Assembly (NCBI RefSeq): GCF_037042905.1
Contig: NC_087250.1
Location: forward strand, 20,772,001 to 20,836,000
Source: Lytechinus pictus
Taxonomy: Eukaryota
Length of the DNA: 64,000 nucleotides
Reading direction: 5' to 3'
This document shows positions 34,960-48,490 of this stretch, piece after piece. The notes below the pieces were generated by a model that saw nothing but the letters and a program-made list of their open reading frames with translations, was not told where the DNA came from and searched no databases. Position 1 is the first letter of the stretch. Each line of letters opens with the position of its first letter. The translations under genes and the position numbers were made by a program.

Positions 34960-35373
34960 GTTACGATCGTCTGCGTTCGCGGAGCGGGGGTGGTCGCACC
35001 CTTTCGAGAAAACCGCGGGAGCTTGACTCGAAAGGGTTGGTTGAGGGAGGGGCGTCAAAATAACGCACGTTTTCGAGAAAACCGGGGGATGTTTTCACGA
35101 AAGGCAGTGCTTAGTAGTATCTTGTACCAGTTGTGTATTTGTGTGTGTGTGTAAATTTGTTTGAGGGTAGAGAGGCCGCTTATGAGGTAAGGTGGTGCGT
35201 GGGTGCATGTGTGTCATCTTTGGAACACTTCAACAGACATTTGCATTAAAAAGGGAAGGAAAGAAGGAAAAATACACTAATTTTGTGCATTTTCATTTAG
35301 GCTTATTTATTTTCAATAATCTCGGCGTGTCCAACCTCCGAGCCGATTCACGGTGTAAACAAACACAGTAAGT
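34960..35373 (+). promoter_or_regulatory. Possible promoter plus non-coding first exon
   Basis: CpG-rich patch without recognisable repeats; TTTCGAGAAAACCG twice (35002, 35071), TTCACGAA at 35094; splice donor CA|GTAAGT at 35368. Confidence 0.3.
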
Positions 35374-36199
35374 GAGCTTTCAATGTTCAATTATCTTTAT
35401 CAAAAAGTCCTCTTCGCGTACAATACGTTTTCTGTAGGTCAGTGGGCAGTGACGGGTTATACAATTCCAATGCGTATAACCGAACCATTCAATTTAGGCC
35501 TTTCAAACTGAATGGATCACCTAGCTCGGCCGGCCCATGTCAGTGATGTGTTCATTTTTGTCAAAATTTGCTGATTACAGTCATACGTGTTAAGCCGGTT
35601 GGATCGCTTTGGTTGCTCAACAAAATAGGACCTTGGAGGTGAGAAGCCCAATAGTGATTCTTATTGAGATACTAATAAATATATGCCATTTTAAAAGAAA
35701 ATGCACTAACTTAGTAGATTTTCTGTCGATGCTTGAAAATGTGGAATTGATTCACTCATGTTTAAATGTGTGCATGGTAGTACGGATCATCCCGGAAAGG
35801 GCTTTATGGGACGCCATTTGGTGAGTCTGAGATGGGCTAAGAGAAGTGGATAGAGATAGAGGCAGGTGAAAATATCCGTTTGTACTAAAATGCCCTGTTT
35901 GGCATATATATATATATATATATATATAAGTGCCCTTTTTGGCTTTGGCCCCCCAAACGAAGATACGTTTCGCCGCCACTGGTCAGAGGTAAAAGGGAGA
36001 AGAGTAAAAGTGATAGGTTGGAAGAACACTAGAGCCTATCCACAACAGGAAGGCAAAATAGATTAATTCGCACCCTCCCCTTTCCCGCAATTATTAGATT
36101 TGATATTGCTGATTAACAAAGGTGCATTACGATTGGCCAACAATTCTCGACAGGGCAAGTACCGAACTTCCTTTGCCCAAATATCACTTATTTTGGAAC

Positions 36200-36472
36200 T
36201 AGAGGAAGAGGAAGCGATAGAGGAAGATTAAGAGGGAGGAAGAGGAAAAGAAGATGAAGAAGAGGTAAAGGGGGAAGGGGAGGAGATAGATGTATAGAAA
36301 GAGGAAGAAGAGAAGGAGGGAGAAGAGAAGAAGAGGAGGAGGAAGAAGAATAGGAGGAAGGGGAGGAAGAGGAGGAGGAAGGAAAGGAAGGGGAGGAAGA
36401 GAAGGAGGAACAGGAGGAAGATCAAGATGAGGAGGAAGGAGAGGAGTAAAGTGAGAAGGAGGAAAAAGAAAG
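36200..36472. repeat. Polypurine (GGA/GAA) low-complexity tract
   Basis: Nearly pure A/G on the + strand. Confidence 0.85.
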
Positions 36473-37577
36473 CAGAAACCGCTTTTCAGCTAAGAAAACA
36501 ACGTTCAGTTTATCTGCACCAGATCTAGATCTACAAGAAAAAAGGTGACAATCAATCTTAGTTTTGCAAACTTTCTCATGACAGTAGTGCTTACTGCACT
36601 ACTTCCAATTTATCTTTGATTGTGCATATTTAGGGGTATAAACTTAATTATATATACTTTTCCAATGGACTTTTCGTAGCCGTATGAACCATCATCGCTT
36701 GTACGCTCCTCTATGAATAGGTCTACTATTCAATGTGTAGGTTATACCAATGTTACACCGAGTTGTTTTCCATTTTTTGTGAAGATAATTCGTGGAAAAA
36801 AAACGAAAGAATATTGCAAATTCAATAGATCTTCTTTCTATGGCACTGTTATAAACACTTTTATAAACCCATAATGGGGTCAAAAAAACAGTTTCAAGGT
36901 CGAACGGGTCAGTGGCTTTTTATTAATAGGAAAATGAACGAGCATGGCAATAATACAATCGTAGTTATCTAAAGGGCAATGTATTTGTACGAACCTCATT
37001 ATGTTGGGGCATGTGCACGCAAAGGTTAGAGCCCTTTAGAGTTGAATCTTACGCCTGATTAGTAATGTTTTTGGCAAGTCATCAATTTATTTAACAATAA
37101 AATCGTTCAAAACAAAGGAACAAAATGATCTAAAAAATAAGAAAGAGCGCCCAGGACGCATCTGAGTTAACAAGCGCAGCATACGTAGATTACAGAGTAT
37201 AATAACAAAATAGCATATACCATACAATGCAAATGCATTTCTATCATGTACCGGGTGTTGAAACTAGTTAAATATGGAATTATGATAAACATGGCATTGT
37301 GTTACAAATACAAGCCACTGCAGTAGAAGGGGGGGGGGGGGCAATTCCATATAATAATCAAACCTTTTTGTACGTCCTACCCCCATTTTCTCAAGTTTAC
37401 TTCACCTCGTCATGTTCATGAACTGACCAAGTCATGGTCCTCTGATAACATTACAGTCTGTCAAAAGAATAAGAAATCAGAGACAGAAACATTCATGAAG
37501 GTCCCACATATAGGTGGCCGGAAGGACACATTTTATGGAATTGCACGAGGGGGGGGGGGGGGGGGGGCAGGATCTAT

Positions 37578-40500
37578 CCCAGGTAACAATACAGCGTTGG
37601 ACCAACGTTGGATCAACGTTGGGAAATTTTTTCCCAACGTTGCCTCAACGTTGGCAGGCCAACGTTGCATCATCGATAGAAGTGCACGCGCATACATCGT
37701 CAGACCAACAACATTTCCAACGTCAGTTCAACGTTGTCCAGCAACAATGTTTCAACGTTGTCTGGCAACGTTGATCCAATGTTGGCTAAATAGTCAAATA
37801 CAACATTGCTACAACGTTGGTAAGCAACGTTGCATCATCGATAGAAGTGCACGTCCATACATCGTCAGACCAACAACATTTCCAACGTCAGTTCAACGTT
37901 GTCCACCATCAATGCTCCAACGTTGGTATAATGTCGGCTGAGTCATCAATAACAGCATTGCTGCAACGTTGATGGGCAACGTTGAAGCAGCGATGGACGT
38001 GCACTTGCATACATCGTCAGTCCAACTATGTTTACAACGTTGGTTCAACGCTGTCCAGCAACAATGCTCCAACGTTGTCTGGCAACATTGCTCCAACATT
38101 GTTACAACGTTGTCACAACGTTGCTCCAACATTGCTCCAACGTTATTCCAACGTATGGCAGTAATTAACAAAACATTAATTGGTTTCAAGGTGAAGTCCA
38201 CCATTACAACTCTTCACTCTAATCTTTATCATCATGTCTTATCCTATCCTAAAATCCTACATCCTAATCCTATATCCTATTCCTATCATCCTACACCTAT
38301 CCACTGTATCCTGTCATTGACTCCTATATATAGAGCAACTTTGCTATACTTGGCAGAATACAGTTAATATCATTTTCCACACTTAACCTTGAATATTTCA
38401 CTTAGAATAATATGTTTTGATTATAAATGATATGGTAATGGAGCCACATACTTTTCTGAAACTTTTCATGGTGGAAATATTGAATAAACATAAATACTCT
38501 AATTATTATAGCAATATTACCTAAAATTTTGGTAATTTACTGATGTAATGAATATTCATGAGTGCATAATCATTGTCCAGATGAGGCAGGTTTGGCAGCG
38601 TTGGTCCAATGTTGGTCCAACGTTGGGTGACGTTGATCCAACGTTGGTATAATGTTGGTCCAATGTTGATGGAAAGTTGATTCAACTTTAGTCCAATGTT
38701 AGCGTAAACGTTGATTCAATGTTTGTCTAATATCGGTTAAATGTTGTTGTAACGTTGATTCTTTGTTGGTCTAATTTTAAACAAATCCAACGATGCCCCA
38801 TCTCCATCAAACAGTTTTCAACACTGTGCCATCATCATCTGTAACCTGTTCATGATTCTATCAAAAAACATTACAACTATTATTACAGCTATTTATTTCT
38901 TTTCATTCTTTCTGTTATTTCTGTTACAAGTCTCTTCACATAATTAAGAGGAATCAAGAGAATTACGTGTGATATTTATTTATCACAAAAACTCACATGT
39001 GTAATTGAAGTCTCTCAGTATTTACAAAATCTAAAAGGGAGGTCGCGTAACTTGGCCTCACTCAGAGTAACGTAACTACTGCCTACTGTAACTAAAGAGT
39101 GCCTCTTTTTTATTAAGATAGAAGTCAACTGATATCTCAATATGCATGGCCATGGCCCAGTCTCGCTCGTGCCATAACTATTAAATGATATTTCAGCGTC
39201 AAGTGTAGCATGCCTCACATAGCAACTACAGGTTTGACTGCAGTTGGAAAACACTCGGTCCAGGCTAGGCCAGGCAGGACCGACCAGGTCAATTCAAGGC
39301 AGCGTATAATAAATAAGGCAGGAATGCCAGGTAGCAAGTCATTGGGTGATTTCAAGTACGGTGTTGAGAGCGTGAAAGGGCTGCTGAACTGAGCTCCAAC
39401 ACCAAGCGTAATATTATTTTTCATTGAAATGTATTAAAACTCTAATGATTTGCTCTCATCTTAAATGTAAAAGATAATTTTACGGAGATGGTTCGTCGTG
39501 TTCGCCCCCTGTTCGTGAGCTACAGTTCATCAACACCAACACTGAACTTTAAATCACGATTCTCCAAATCCCTGGGGGCCGGTGTTGCTGAATGGGGAAA
39601 TTGCTTGTAGATCATCAACACCATGCAGCCACAGTGCAGTGTTGGGTTCAGCAGATGACAATCAACACCAGCCGTCAACACAAACTGCCAGAAATACACC
39701 ATATTTTCCAAGGTCAATCTCAACACCAGCCTGATTCAAGTACGGTGTTGTCACAACTCCAACACCAGATTTCAACACTGTATGGCAGTGTATCCTATTG
39801 CCGGACACCTTTATTTCAGTGCTGTAAAAATGACAACTAGAGGAAATACAATCAAGAAAAATTCGCACTTGCTATTCCAAATATTATGAAAATTATTCAT
39901 ATGATAAAATTATTTTATATTTACCAACCATTTTCTTTGCATCGCACTTGCCGCATACTCCTCCACGAAAAACAATTATTTTCGTGCGCGACAAATTACA
40001 TCATGATTCCGGACGCGCGCCGGACGGGTAAAGATATCCTTGATTATAATGATGTAAGAATAAATTTCTGTGATTTATTTCTTCTTATATCATTTCATGA
40101 ATAAATTCTAACTTTTTGTTTGCTTTTTTTATATCGAATTTGAGCAGATGTTGGTAATAAATTCGTGTTTGATAACTTAATTTATTTTTTATTTTTTGGT
40201 TAGCTGCATGTTTCATGGCACTTTCCAGTGCTCGTTCGTATCGTGACGCTCATCAAGTTCTATCGATGCGCAGCCGATCGTCGACGGCTCTACTCACGGT
40301 AAACCTCGCGCACGGTACCTTGAGAACTAGCCGTCGACGATCACCCACAATACACCTCACCTCATCATTCGATCGAAGGAGCCGACGAGATTGAAATTCG
40401 GCAAATCAGGCCCATATTTCCGTTAGAAAATATATACATTCATTCAATTGTTAATGCAAAACTATGTTATATGATATTTTAAGCATTTTCTGTCATTTTA

Positions 40501-43035
40501 GAGATAAATAAGGAAGAAATTTGATTTTTTCGCCTTGTTTTTGCAATCTTGTTCTATGTATTGATCTGTGAAAATGAATTGCGGAAGTCTTACGGTACGA
40601 AATTGTTTTCGAACGCATTTATATGCGCGTCCGGAATCACAATAGTGTCCGGTAATACAATTATAATACGTGACTATACTTGAAATTATTGAAATCACCC
40701 AATGACTGTTGCCTTGCCCTTGGTATCGCATACTCGTTCCCACTCACACGTATTGCGAGGTTAGTATTATATTAGTCACTCACACAAGCTAATTACGAGG
40801 TTAGTTAGTATGTTATAGTTTATACTGTGCAGTGACTGGTGTTAAGTACTACTTTACTACTACTTACACGAATATAGTAGCGTCGGACTGTACGCGCACA
40901 GAAGCTGACTCCGGGATCTTTCGGAGGGGATCAATGGTTGCAGTTACCGATTATCTGCAAGTGCAAAGAAAATTCCACTGTAGATTGTAGGTCCTAAATA
41001 TGCAGCTTATAAGTACTGTTCCAGATCACTAGATATTCTGGAATTCAATTGTCTATATCCACTATCCAGTCCAAATTCTACCAGATTCTTCAAGTTCAAA
41101 ATTGAAGGAAGCAGACTACACAGACATGACAGAAGGAGTCCGACGTCGAGACTAATTCTGCGCATCAGAATAGTATGGTATTTTTAAATAGGCACATTTG
41201 ATGCTTGTATTTCCTTCTTCAATTTCTTCTAGTTATGTGACGGTAGGCCTATGAATTATCTCGTAGTTACTGTGAAAGGCCGAGCCAGCTGCAAAGGACG
41301 AGGGTGTTTCTGGAAATTCTGGTCTTGAACTACATTTTTTTTCTTGTTTTTCTCCTTTATTTTCTATATTAATCGACACATTTGCATCCCCCGGTGCATG
41401 CAGCCTCTCTATTCTACCCCATCTTTATTTTTGTTTTCCCCTTCGACTTAGTTTTAGTTCCTCTTTCCCTTCCCATTATTTTCCTTCTCTCTCGATTTCT
41501 TTTCCCCTTATTGCTGGGGGATACCAAGGGTGACATGGATAGACAAGCAAACTTACTTGATCGACCCCCCCCCCTTGGCCCCATTAATAATTATGCGAGT
41601 AGTCGTCTGTATATCATTATCAATTCTCCAATGAACCAGTTTCTAACGTTCTCAACACTGTGTATATTATGCCGGGATATTATGTTGACTGTCAAACAAA
41701 TATCCAACAAACTATAGTTTCCAACATTGTGTCAATGTTAACTGTCAACAACTCTCCAATAAACTATTCCAATTACGCTGTCCACGTTGTGCCATTGTCC
41801 GTTGTTCAACAACTCTCCGTCAAACTAGTTTCCACTCCTTTGTCAACGTTGTGCCATTGTCGACTGTCCAACAAATCTCCAAGAAAATAGTTTCCAACGT
41901 TGTTCCTTTGTCGGTTGTTCAGCAACTCTCCATCGAACTAGTTTCCGACGTAGTCAACGCTGTGCCTTTGTTGGCTGTTCAACACCTATCCAATCAAACA
42001 CGCGTTTCCAACGTTGTGACGTTGTTGGCTGTCCAGCAAATCTCCAACACACTAGTTTCCAATGTTGTGCCATTGTCTGTTGTTCAACAACTTTCCAACG
42101 TTGCCAACGTTGTGTCATCGTCGACTATCCTACTGATCTCCAATCTACCAGTTTCCAACGTTGTGCCAGTGTCAGTTGTTCAACAACCTCCCATCTAACT
42201 AGTTTCCAGCTTTATCAACGTTGTGTCATTGTATACTATCTAACTAATCTCCAATCTACCAGTTTCCAACGTTGTGCCATCGTCGACTATCCAACAAATC
42301 TCCATCGAACTAGTTTCTAGCTTTGACAACGTTGTGCCATAGTTGGTTGTTCAACAACTTTCCATCGAACTAGTTTCCAACGTTGCCAACCTTGTGTCAT
42401 CGTCGACTATCCAACTAATCTCCAACCTACTAGTTTCCATCGTTGTGCAATTGTCGACTGTCCAACAACTCTCCAACTAACAAGTTTCCAACGTTGCCAA
42501 CGTCGTGTCATTGTTGATTGTTCAACAACTTTCCAGCGAACTAGTTTCCAACGTTGCCAACGTTGTGCCTTTGCTGGCTGTCAACAACTATCCAATCAAA
42601 CGTGTCTCCAACGTTGTGACATTGTCGACTGTCCAACAACTCTCCAACTTACTAGTCTCCAACGTTGTGCCATTGTCGACCGTCCAACAAATCTCCAACA
42701 AACTAGTTTCCAACTTTGTCAACGTTGTGCCATTGTCGGTTGTTCAACAACTTTCCAGCGAACTAGTTTCCAACGTTGCCAACGTTGTGCCTTTGCTGGC
42801 TGTTCAACAACTATCCAATCAAACGTGTTTCCAACGTTGTGACATTGTCGACTGTCCAACAACTCTCCAACTAACAAGTTTCCAACGTTGCCAACGTCGT
42901 GTCATTGTTGATTGTCCATCATCTTTCCATCAAACTAGTTTCCAACGTCGATTCAACGTTAATCCATCAAGTTTTTCCAACGTCCAACGACTTTCAAGTT
43001 TCCAACGTGGAGCCAACGTTGGCTTGTTACCTGGG
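37578..43035. mobile_element. 5.5-kb non-autonomous EnSpm/CACTA-like element with CAACGTTG subterminal arrays
   Basis: TIRs CCCAGGTAACAA / TTGTTACCTGGG with 2-bp TSD AT; dense CAACGTTG palindromes at 37590-38160, 38590-38770 and 41620-43020. Confidence 0.8.
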
Positions 43036-43198
43036 ATAGCAATAGAGACAGAGGGGCGGGTGTACATATCTAGTACACTGAATTTTGATTTCCGTAGTCC
43101 TACCACTATTCTTAAATCATTCTGATCGCCAATATTAACTGGTTGGAATGTTCAATGTTATTACAATTTCTTTGAAATTCGGATCGCAACAAATCGCA

Positions 43199-43597
43199 CA
43201 CAGCAAAAACTGGGATGTTAACCGGTGTACATAGAGGACCACACTGGTCATTTTACACCGGTGTTAAATTGACAGTGCAAGTTTTACGCCTATATGTGTT
43301 ATTACAACACCTTTGGTTGTTACATTTATACTCTTTGGTGTTATGTTCAATCTCTAGGGTGTGATTTTAACACCTCAGCGTGTGGTCCAGGGGCCGCAGA
43401 ACGGTTTTCAAAGTGGGAGGGCTGAGCCAAAAGTGGGGTGGGGGGGGGGGGGCTGACCATGAAAAAAATCACAATCATATGGTAATTTTTCCGTTTTTGT
43501 ACACGGTTTTGGAAAAAAGTGGGGGGCTGAAGCCCCACCCCCCCCCGCTTCCGGGGCCCCTGTGGTCCTTTTTTTTAACTCCTCAGTTTTTACAGTG
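43199..43597. mobile_element. CACTA-like MITE (CACAGCAAAAAC...GTTTTTACAGTG, TSD CA) with a nested CAGGGG...CCCCTG element (43388-43562, TSD TGGTC)
   Basis: Termini and TSDs visible; homologous to the host MITE split at 48775-60242. Confidence 0.75.
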
Positions 43598-44248
43598 CAT
43601 AGTGTGCGTCGGATTTTACGGGCCCCATGTATTCATTTAAACCGTCCATGATACAGGACGCTGCAGGTTGGACTCGGCCTGACCTCTATTTAAAGCCCCC
43701 TAACAAAAACACTCAAAAACAAAAAATAGCAACACTGATCTTTAAAGCGGCAAAATTCTGACACACACCCAAACAGGATTGTGAAGCACACACCCATGAG
43801 TTAACCTATAAGTTTCCCCTGCAAAAATACAGGTTATTTTGAATACACTTATTGAATAAACAAGAGCGAACGAAGCGAGCGAGTCGGCCCCGAAATCGAA
43901 TGTTTACAAATTTTACAATTTTGTGTAGCTATGATTTGGATGCGGATATCATTTAGGAGATGATGGTTTTAAGTCGGATTATCTTCTTAGACGGTTTGAA
44001 AAGCTTGAAAAGCCAATGACTTTCCAACTCAAATTGACAATTTTGGGATACCGCAATATATAGGGAATGAAAAAAGGTATAGAGTCAAGCCGATTAGAGC
44101 ATTCAAAATATGCACTGACGCGACAGATTCTGGAAAGAAAAAGAAAAACAAACGAAAACAAAAATGTTGTATTTTATGATTGTACAGGTCGTTTGGCACA
44201 GGTTATACATTTCCCATCTTTGCATACAAAGGCCTGAAGCAGCCAAGC

Positions 44249-44778
44249 CCCGGGGGGGGGGGGGGCACTTCCATTGACGAGTTGATACCACGCGACCATG
44301 GGGTCTCGAAAAGCACCCTAAACAAGTACTTTCCATATTCTGCAAAAATGCACCCCTTAACAAGTATTGAATTCAAATAAAACGATGCCCTTGACAAGTA
44401 TTCTCTGAATTGAACCCTAAACAAGTACAGCGATATTTTAATTGCTATATGTCACGGACGTCGGTTTTACCTTTACCTATATGTACGGGGTTTAGTACAG
44501 TTCCACACTTCGCGCAAATCGGACTCTAAACACGTGTTGACTGTAGGGGCAAAAAGTACATCCTTTATAAAACATTTTAGTCTTTTTTAAACCCTCGCAA
44601 ATTTGACCCTAAACACGTAGCTTTCCTAGCGAAATATATACCCTCTTTTTCATTATTTTAGTGTTTTTGACACCCTTATACGTTACGTACGTAACGTGCC
44701 CTATCCTTTTTACGTGTTTTTTTTTGGTCGCGCATGGTATCAACTCGTCAATGTAAGTGCCCCCCCCCTCCCCCCGGG
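44249..44778. mobile_element. MITE with CCCGGG-poly-G termini and 8-bp TSD
   Basis: TIRs CCCGGGn-CACTT.CATTGACGAGTTGATACCA.GCG; TSD AGCCAAGC (44241-44248 / 44779-44786). Confidence 0.85.
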
Positions 44779-45164
44779 AGCCAAGCAAAGAAAGTGACTC
44801 GGAATATTTTTACAAGTACAGATTTACTACTCTCTGTCGAAGGTCAACGAATATATTTACCTAACGCCAGCATTATCGACCTTTGACCTCACGTGTCATT
44901 TACCTTTTCTTGCATCTATCCCCCTCTCTCTCCAGATATTAAGATCACTCCCTCCCTATTTCTCTCTCTCTCTCTCTCTCCTATCCTCTTCCATCCTGCC
45001 CCTCTCTCTACCGATCTTTAGCCTTTGCACAAGTCCTCGCGCGCTGTTTGTCTGCAGAACATGGTTTGAAAAGGGACCAAAAACCATGCGTTTAGGCTAT
45101 ACATTCAGACGCGTTTACGGGGCTATTTTTCGGGGAAATAACAGCACCGGGTGCCTTGGCTAGT

Positions 45165-45327
45165 GGCACAGTAACATTTCCCCTACGGTGGCCCTACGGC
45201 AAGTCAAAAACAGCCGTTTTCACATGTTTTTTTGTGTTACCCTATATATAGGTGGGTTAAAACAAATAAATAAAACGGGTGATTTTGACTTGCCGTACGG
45301 CCACCGAAGTTGCAAATTGACTGCAGC
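45165..45327. mobile_element. Small MITE upstream of the SLC5 start; a related copy lies at 45681-45780 in intron 1
   Basis: CAGT.ACATTTCCCCTACGG..GCC.T.CGGC ends shared by both copies; internal inverted repeats. Confidence 0.55.
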
Positions 45328-45436
45328 ATAATAGAAGCTAACCGCTCTCTCGTATGTGTTCTTTCCTCGTTTTACCCGACATGTCTTTCATCATTTTAGT
45401 TCTGTAGAAGTTCTTTGAGGATTATTCGTTTTCAAG

Positions 45437-45517
45437 ATGGCGGCCGCAGTACTAGCACCTGGTGACTATGCAGCTATCGTGTGTTACTTCGTGATAGTTA
45501 TGGGAGCAGGGCTATAC
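45437..45517 (+). CDS. Coding exon 1 of sodium/glucose cotransporter-like gene (SLC5 family, SGLT/SLC5A1/SLC5A9-like)
   Basis: CAAG-ATG-G start; MAAAVLAPGDYAAIVCYFVIVMGAGLY matches the first SGLT helix (D..IV.YF..VM..GLW); phase-0 donor GTGAGT. Confidence 0.9.
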
Positions 45518-46600
45518 GTGAGTATGATATTATTATACTTAAACAAATCAAATTGATTTTATTTTCCAATTGTTTTGTTTAAACAACTGATGAAAATAAC
45601 GAAATTCTTCGAAAAGACCATTCTATAACATATTCATTTCATTCAGCAATTTTTAAAAACGTAAACTGCATTATTTCCCAGGCTACAGTCACATTTCCCC
45701 TACGGCAGCCGTGCGGCGAGTCGAAAACAGATGTAGCTGGTACCGCAATATGGCCACTGTAGACCAAATGTGACTGAGGTATTAGCTCCAGTTTGGCAGC
45801 GGCGGACCGGGGTAGGAGGGGCGGGGGGCATAGTGTTTATGACAATCATTCCATTAAAAAAAAATTTTTTTTAAGTGACGTGATCCAACGCCAACCAAAC
45901 ACAAACCCATCCTTCAAAAGAAAAACAATGATTCAATTCCCCACCCCCCCCCCATTCGTCCATGTTCCTGTATGATATTTGCAGTATGGTTGCTTTCAAA
46001 ATTGAGGTGTGGGACGTATAAGGGTGGCTGGTACAAACACGCACTGGTCATGGACCTACCAAGAGGGGCAAGGAAGGGGTGGGGTATGCCACTCACTTGG
46101 CCGAATAGAACGAGGAATAAGTAGACAAAACAAAAACACGGTATAGATAGGAGTAGAGGAAGAAGAAAAACATCACGTATCTAATCATTTCATTTATTAC
46201 ACATTCATGTGAAAATATATACATATACAGTACGTTACGTACAATATTATTACTTGATGCAATACACAGCAAACTGTAGTATCATCAGGGACCAGAAATA
46301 ACATAGAAATATTTTCGGAATAATAACATACAATAAAAAATAATTACACTGAACGTGACAACAAATATTCGTAAATTTAGATAATATATGCTACATTTTA
46401 AGACAATAACAAGTTTAAGCAAAACAAACATTAACAATTGCATAATGTTCATTTTACAAGTAGACACCTAAGTTAAAATGTTTGTATTTATATCTGTATA
46501 AATCTTTTGATTTAGTTTTCCTTTAAATCTGATAGTCTTTGATTGACCTACCAAATACACTGTCGTATAAATTTCTACCTTTACGTGTTTTATTTTATAG

Positions 46601-46672
46601 GCACTTTTTACATCTAACCGAGGAACTGTTAACGGCTACTTCTTGGCGGGAAGGTACATGACATGGCTTCCA
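46601..46672 (+). CDS. Coding exon 2 of SLC5 sodium/glucose cotransporter-like gene
   Basis: Acceptor TTTTATTTTATAG|; 72-nt exon ALFTSNRGTVNGYFLAGRYMTWLP carries the SLC5 signature RGTVxGYFLAGR; donor GTAAGT. No exon 3 was recognised before 64000. Confidence 0.93.
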
Positions 46673-46979
46673 GTAAGTTGAAGAATTTCCAAATTATCCG
46701 TTTAACTTTGTCTTTTTTTTACAACAGTCATTTTTTATACGATCTCATTTGGTTTCTTCCATAATTCAGTCAGTGCGAGAATTTATTGAATCCATTGTTG
46801 GTCGCGCTTTATTATGTTCTGTTGCTTATTGTATAATTTGCTTTTTTTCGCTTTATTTATTTAGTTTAACAAATAAAAACCGAGGATGGCCAGGTGCCGA
46901 AAACTTTACTACTCATATAACTCTGCGTCATTTACATCAGCAAAAAATACATCATTTCCATATGTTTTTGACGATCACA

Positions 46980-47323
46980 TAATAATAATAATAATAGCCA
47001 ATTTTTATAAAGCGCTTTTCCCAGAATGGCTCAAAGCGCGTTACAGCATATTATTACCCCGGTCATTTGATTCATTTCAATCCCACACAATTTCCACTCC
47101 CTGGGGAGCATTCCTTTCATTCATCGCAGCCTCATTGTGGCGCTGGCAAATTCAAAAATACAATATCTTTCGCATCCTACCGGGTACCCATTTAGCACCT
47201 GGGTCGAGAGTGGCAAAGTGTGGAATAACGCCTTGCCAAAGGACGCTAGACCGCGGTGGGATTCGAACACACGACCCTCTGTTTACAAGGCGAGAGTCAG
47301 AACCACTACACCACGGCTCTCCG
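46980..47323 (-). mobile_element. Full-length tRNA-derived SINE (SURF1-like) with L2-type tail
   Basis: Minus strand: A box TGGTGTAGTGG, B box GTTCGAATCC, core CTCGACCCAGGTGCTAAATGGGTACC, 3' GCGCTTTGAG..AAGCGCTT and (ATT)n. Confidence 0.85.
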
Positions 47324-48039
47324 TGGTGTAGTAATCTCAGAGAGATTATATACCGTCTATATCAAGTGGTTTAACTTGGTCGTAAGATATATAGTTTTAT
47401 TATCAGTTACTTTTAAAACCTTGCTACTGATCATATTGTCGGCAACCTAAATTGGAGGTTGCATGAATGATGCTGAACTAAAGCAAATGTTGAATAGGTC
47501 TTTATGAGATGTTGACTTTTGTTTGATGTTATACCGATTACTGGTCTATAAACCAATTAGCTTAGGAGGATATATAGCTTCCTTCGACGTGTCAGAGCTA
47601 TGTTGCTATAAATGCGTAAACCCTATGACCGCGCAGGGCAGTGCTAAATTTCGATTAACCCTAAAAGGCCAGGGGCGGATTCCGCCCCCCTACGTTTTTC
47701 ACGATAAAACCAAAAATTTTCAACCGCGCCACTCTTTGACTCTTTACTTTCAAATCTCGCACAACTTTTGAGACCAAATTAGCGATGCCCGGTAGGCGGT
47801 TACGAAAATACGCAACATTATGTAAATGTAGGTTAGACAAAAAAACGTGAATTCATGTACAAATCCAATTCAGATTGTGTATTTAGCCAAAATTCATAAA
47901 TGTATACTTATTTCTATTTTTACTGATTAAACTTAATGAATTGTGTCTTGTTTATGATCAAATTAAGTCTGCAACAATTTCCATCGAAAAAACAATAAAA
48001 ATAATTTCTTGGCTTAAAAAAATTAAATAAAAGAGATGT

Positions 48040-48490
48040 CGTCTTTGTGTTAAATTGAAGTCTTTTGGCTCGGAGCGACAAGTGAGTTTTTTGCCATTTA
48101 AGAATTTATGATATCATAATTGAACGGATCCTTACCAGATAAAAAAAAAAAACTTGTATCGTCTGCAAATAAGGTAGTAGTTAAAATGTCACTTACGTGT
48201 TGTAGGTCATTTATATACAATAGAAATGAAGATGGCCTAGGGTATAGATCCATGGGGGCACCCCTGCTGTAATATCCTGAGTTTCTTAATAAATTTTTGT
48301 TGATGCATACACATTGTTTTCGATTTCTTAAGTAGCTTATCAACCATTTTAATACTGTGTCTCTAAATCTGTGTGATTAAAACCTACTAATTTAGATACT
48401 ACGGTCGATACAATCGAATGCTTTAGATAAAAAAAAAAGTTTACTCCGATCGTTAATGCTTTGTTTTCATATTCCTTAGCTATTTTGTTT
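48040..48490 (-). mobile_element. Degenerate RT fragment of the same LINE family as 27576-29442
   Basis: ISYLRNRKQCVCI, LYINDLQHVS and LFADDTS nearly match the 27996-28286 ORF. Confidence 0.85.

Noticed and set aside
37495..43125. ORFs of 100-206 aa rich in NVV/QQLS/QRC
   Set aside because: Artefacts of stop-poor CAACGTTG subterminal repeats.
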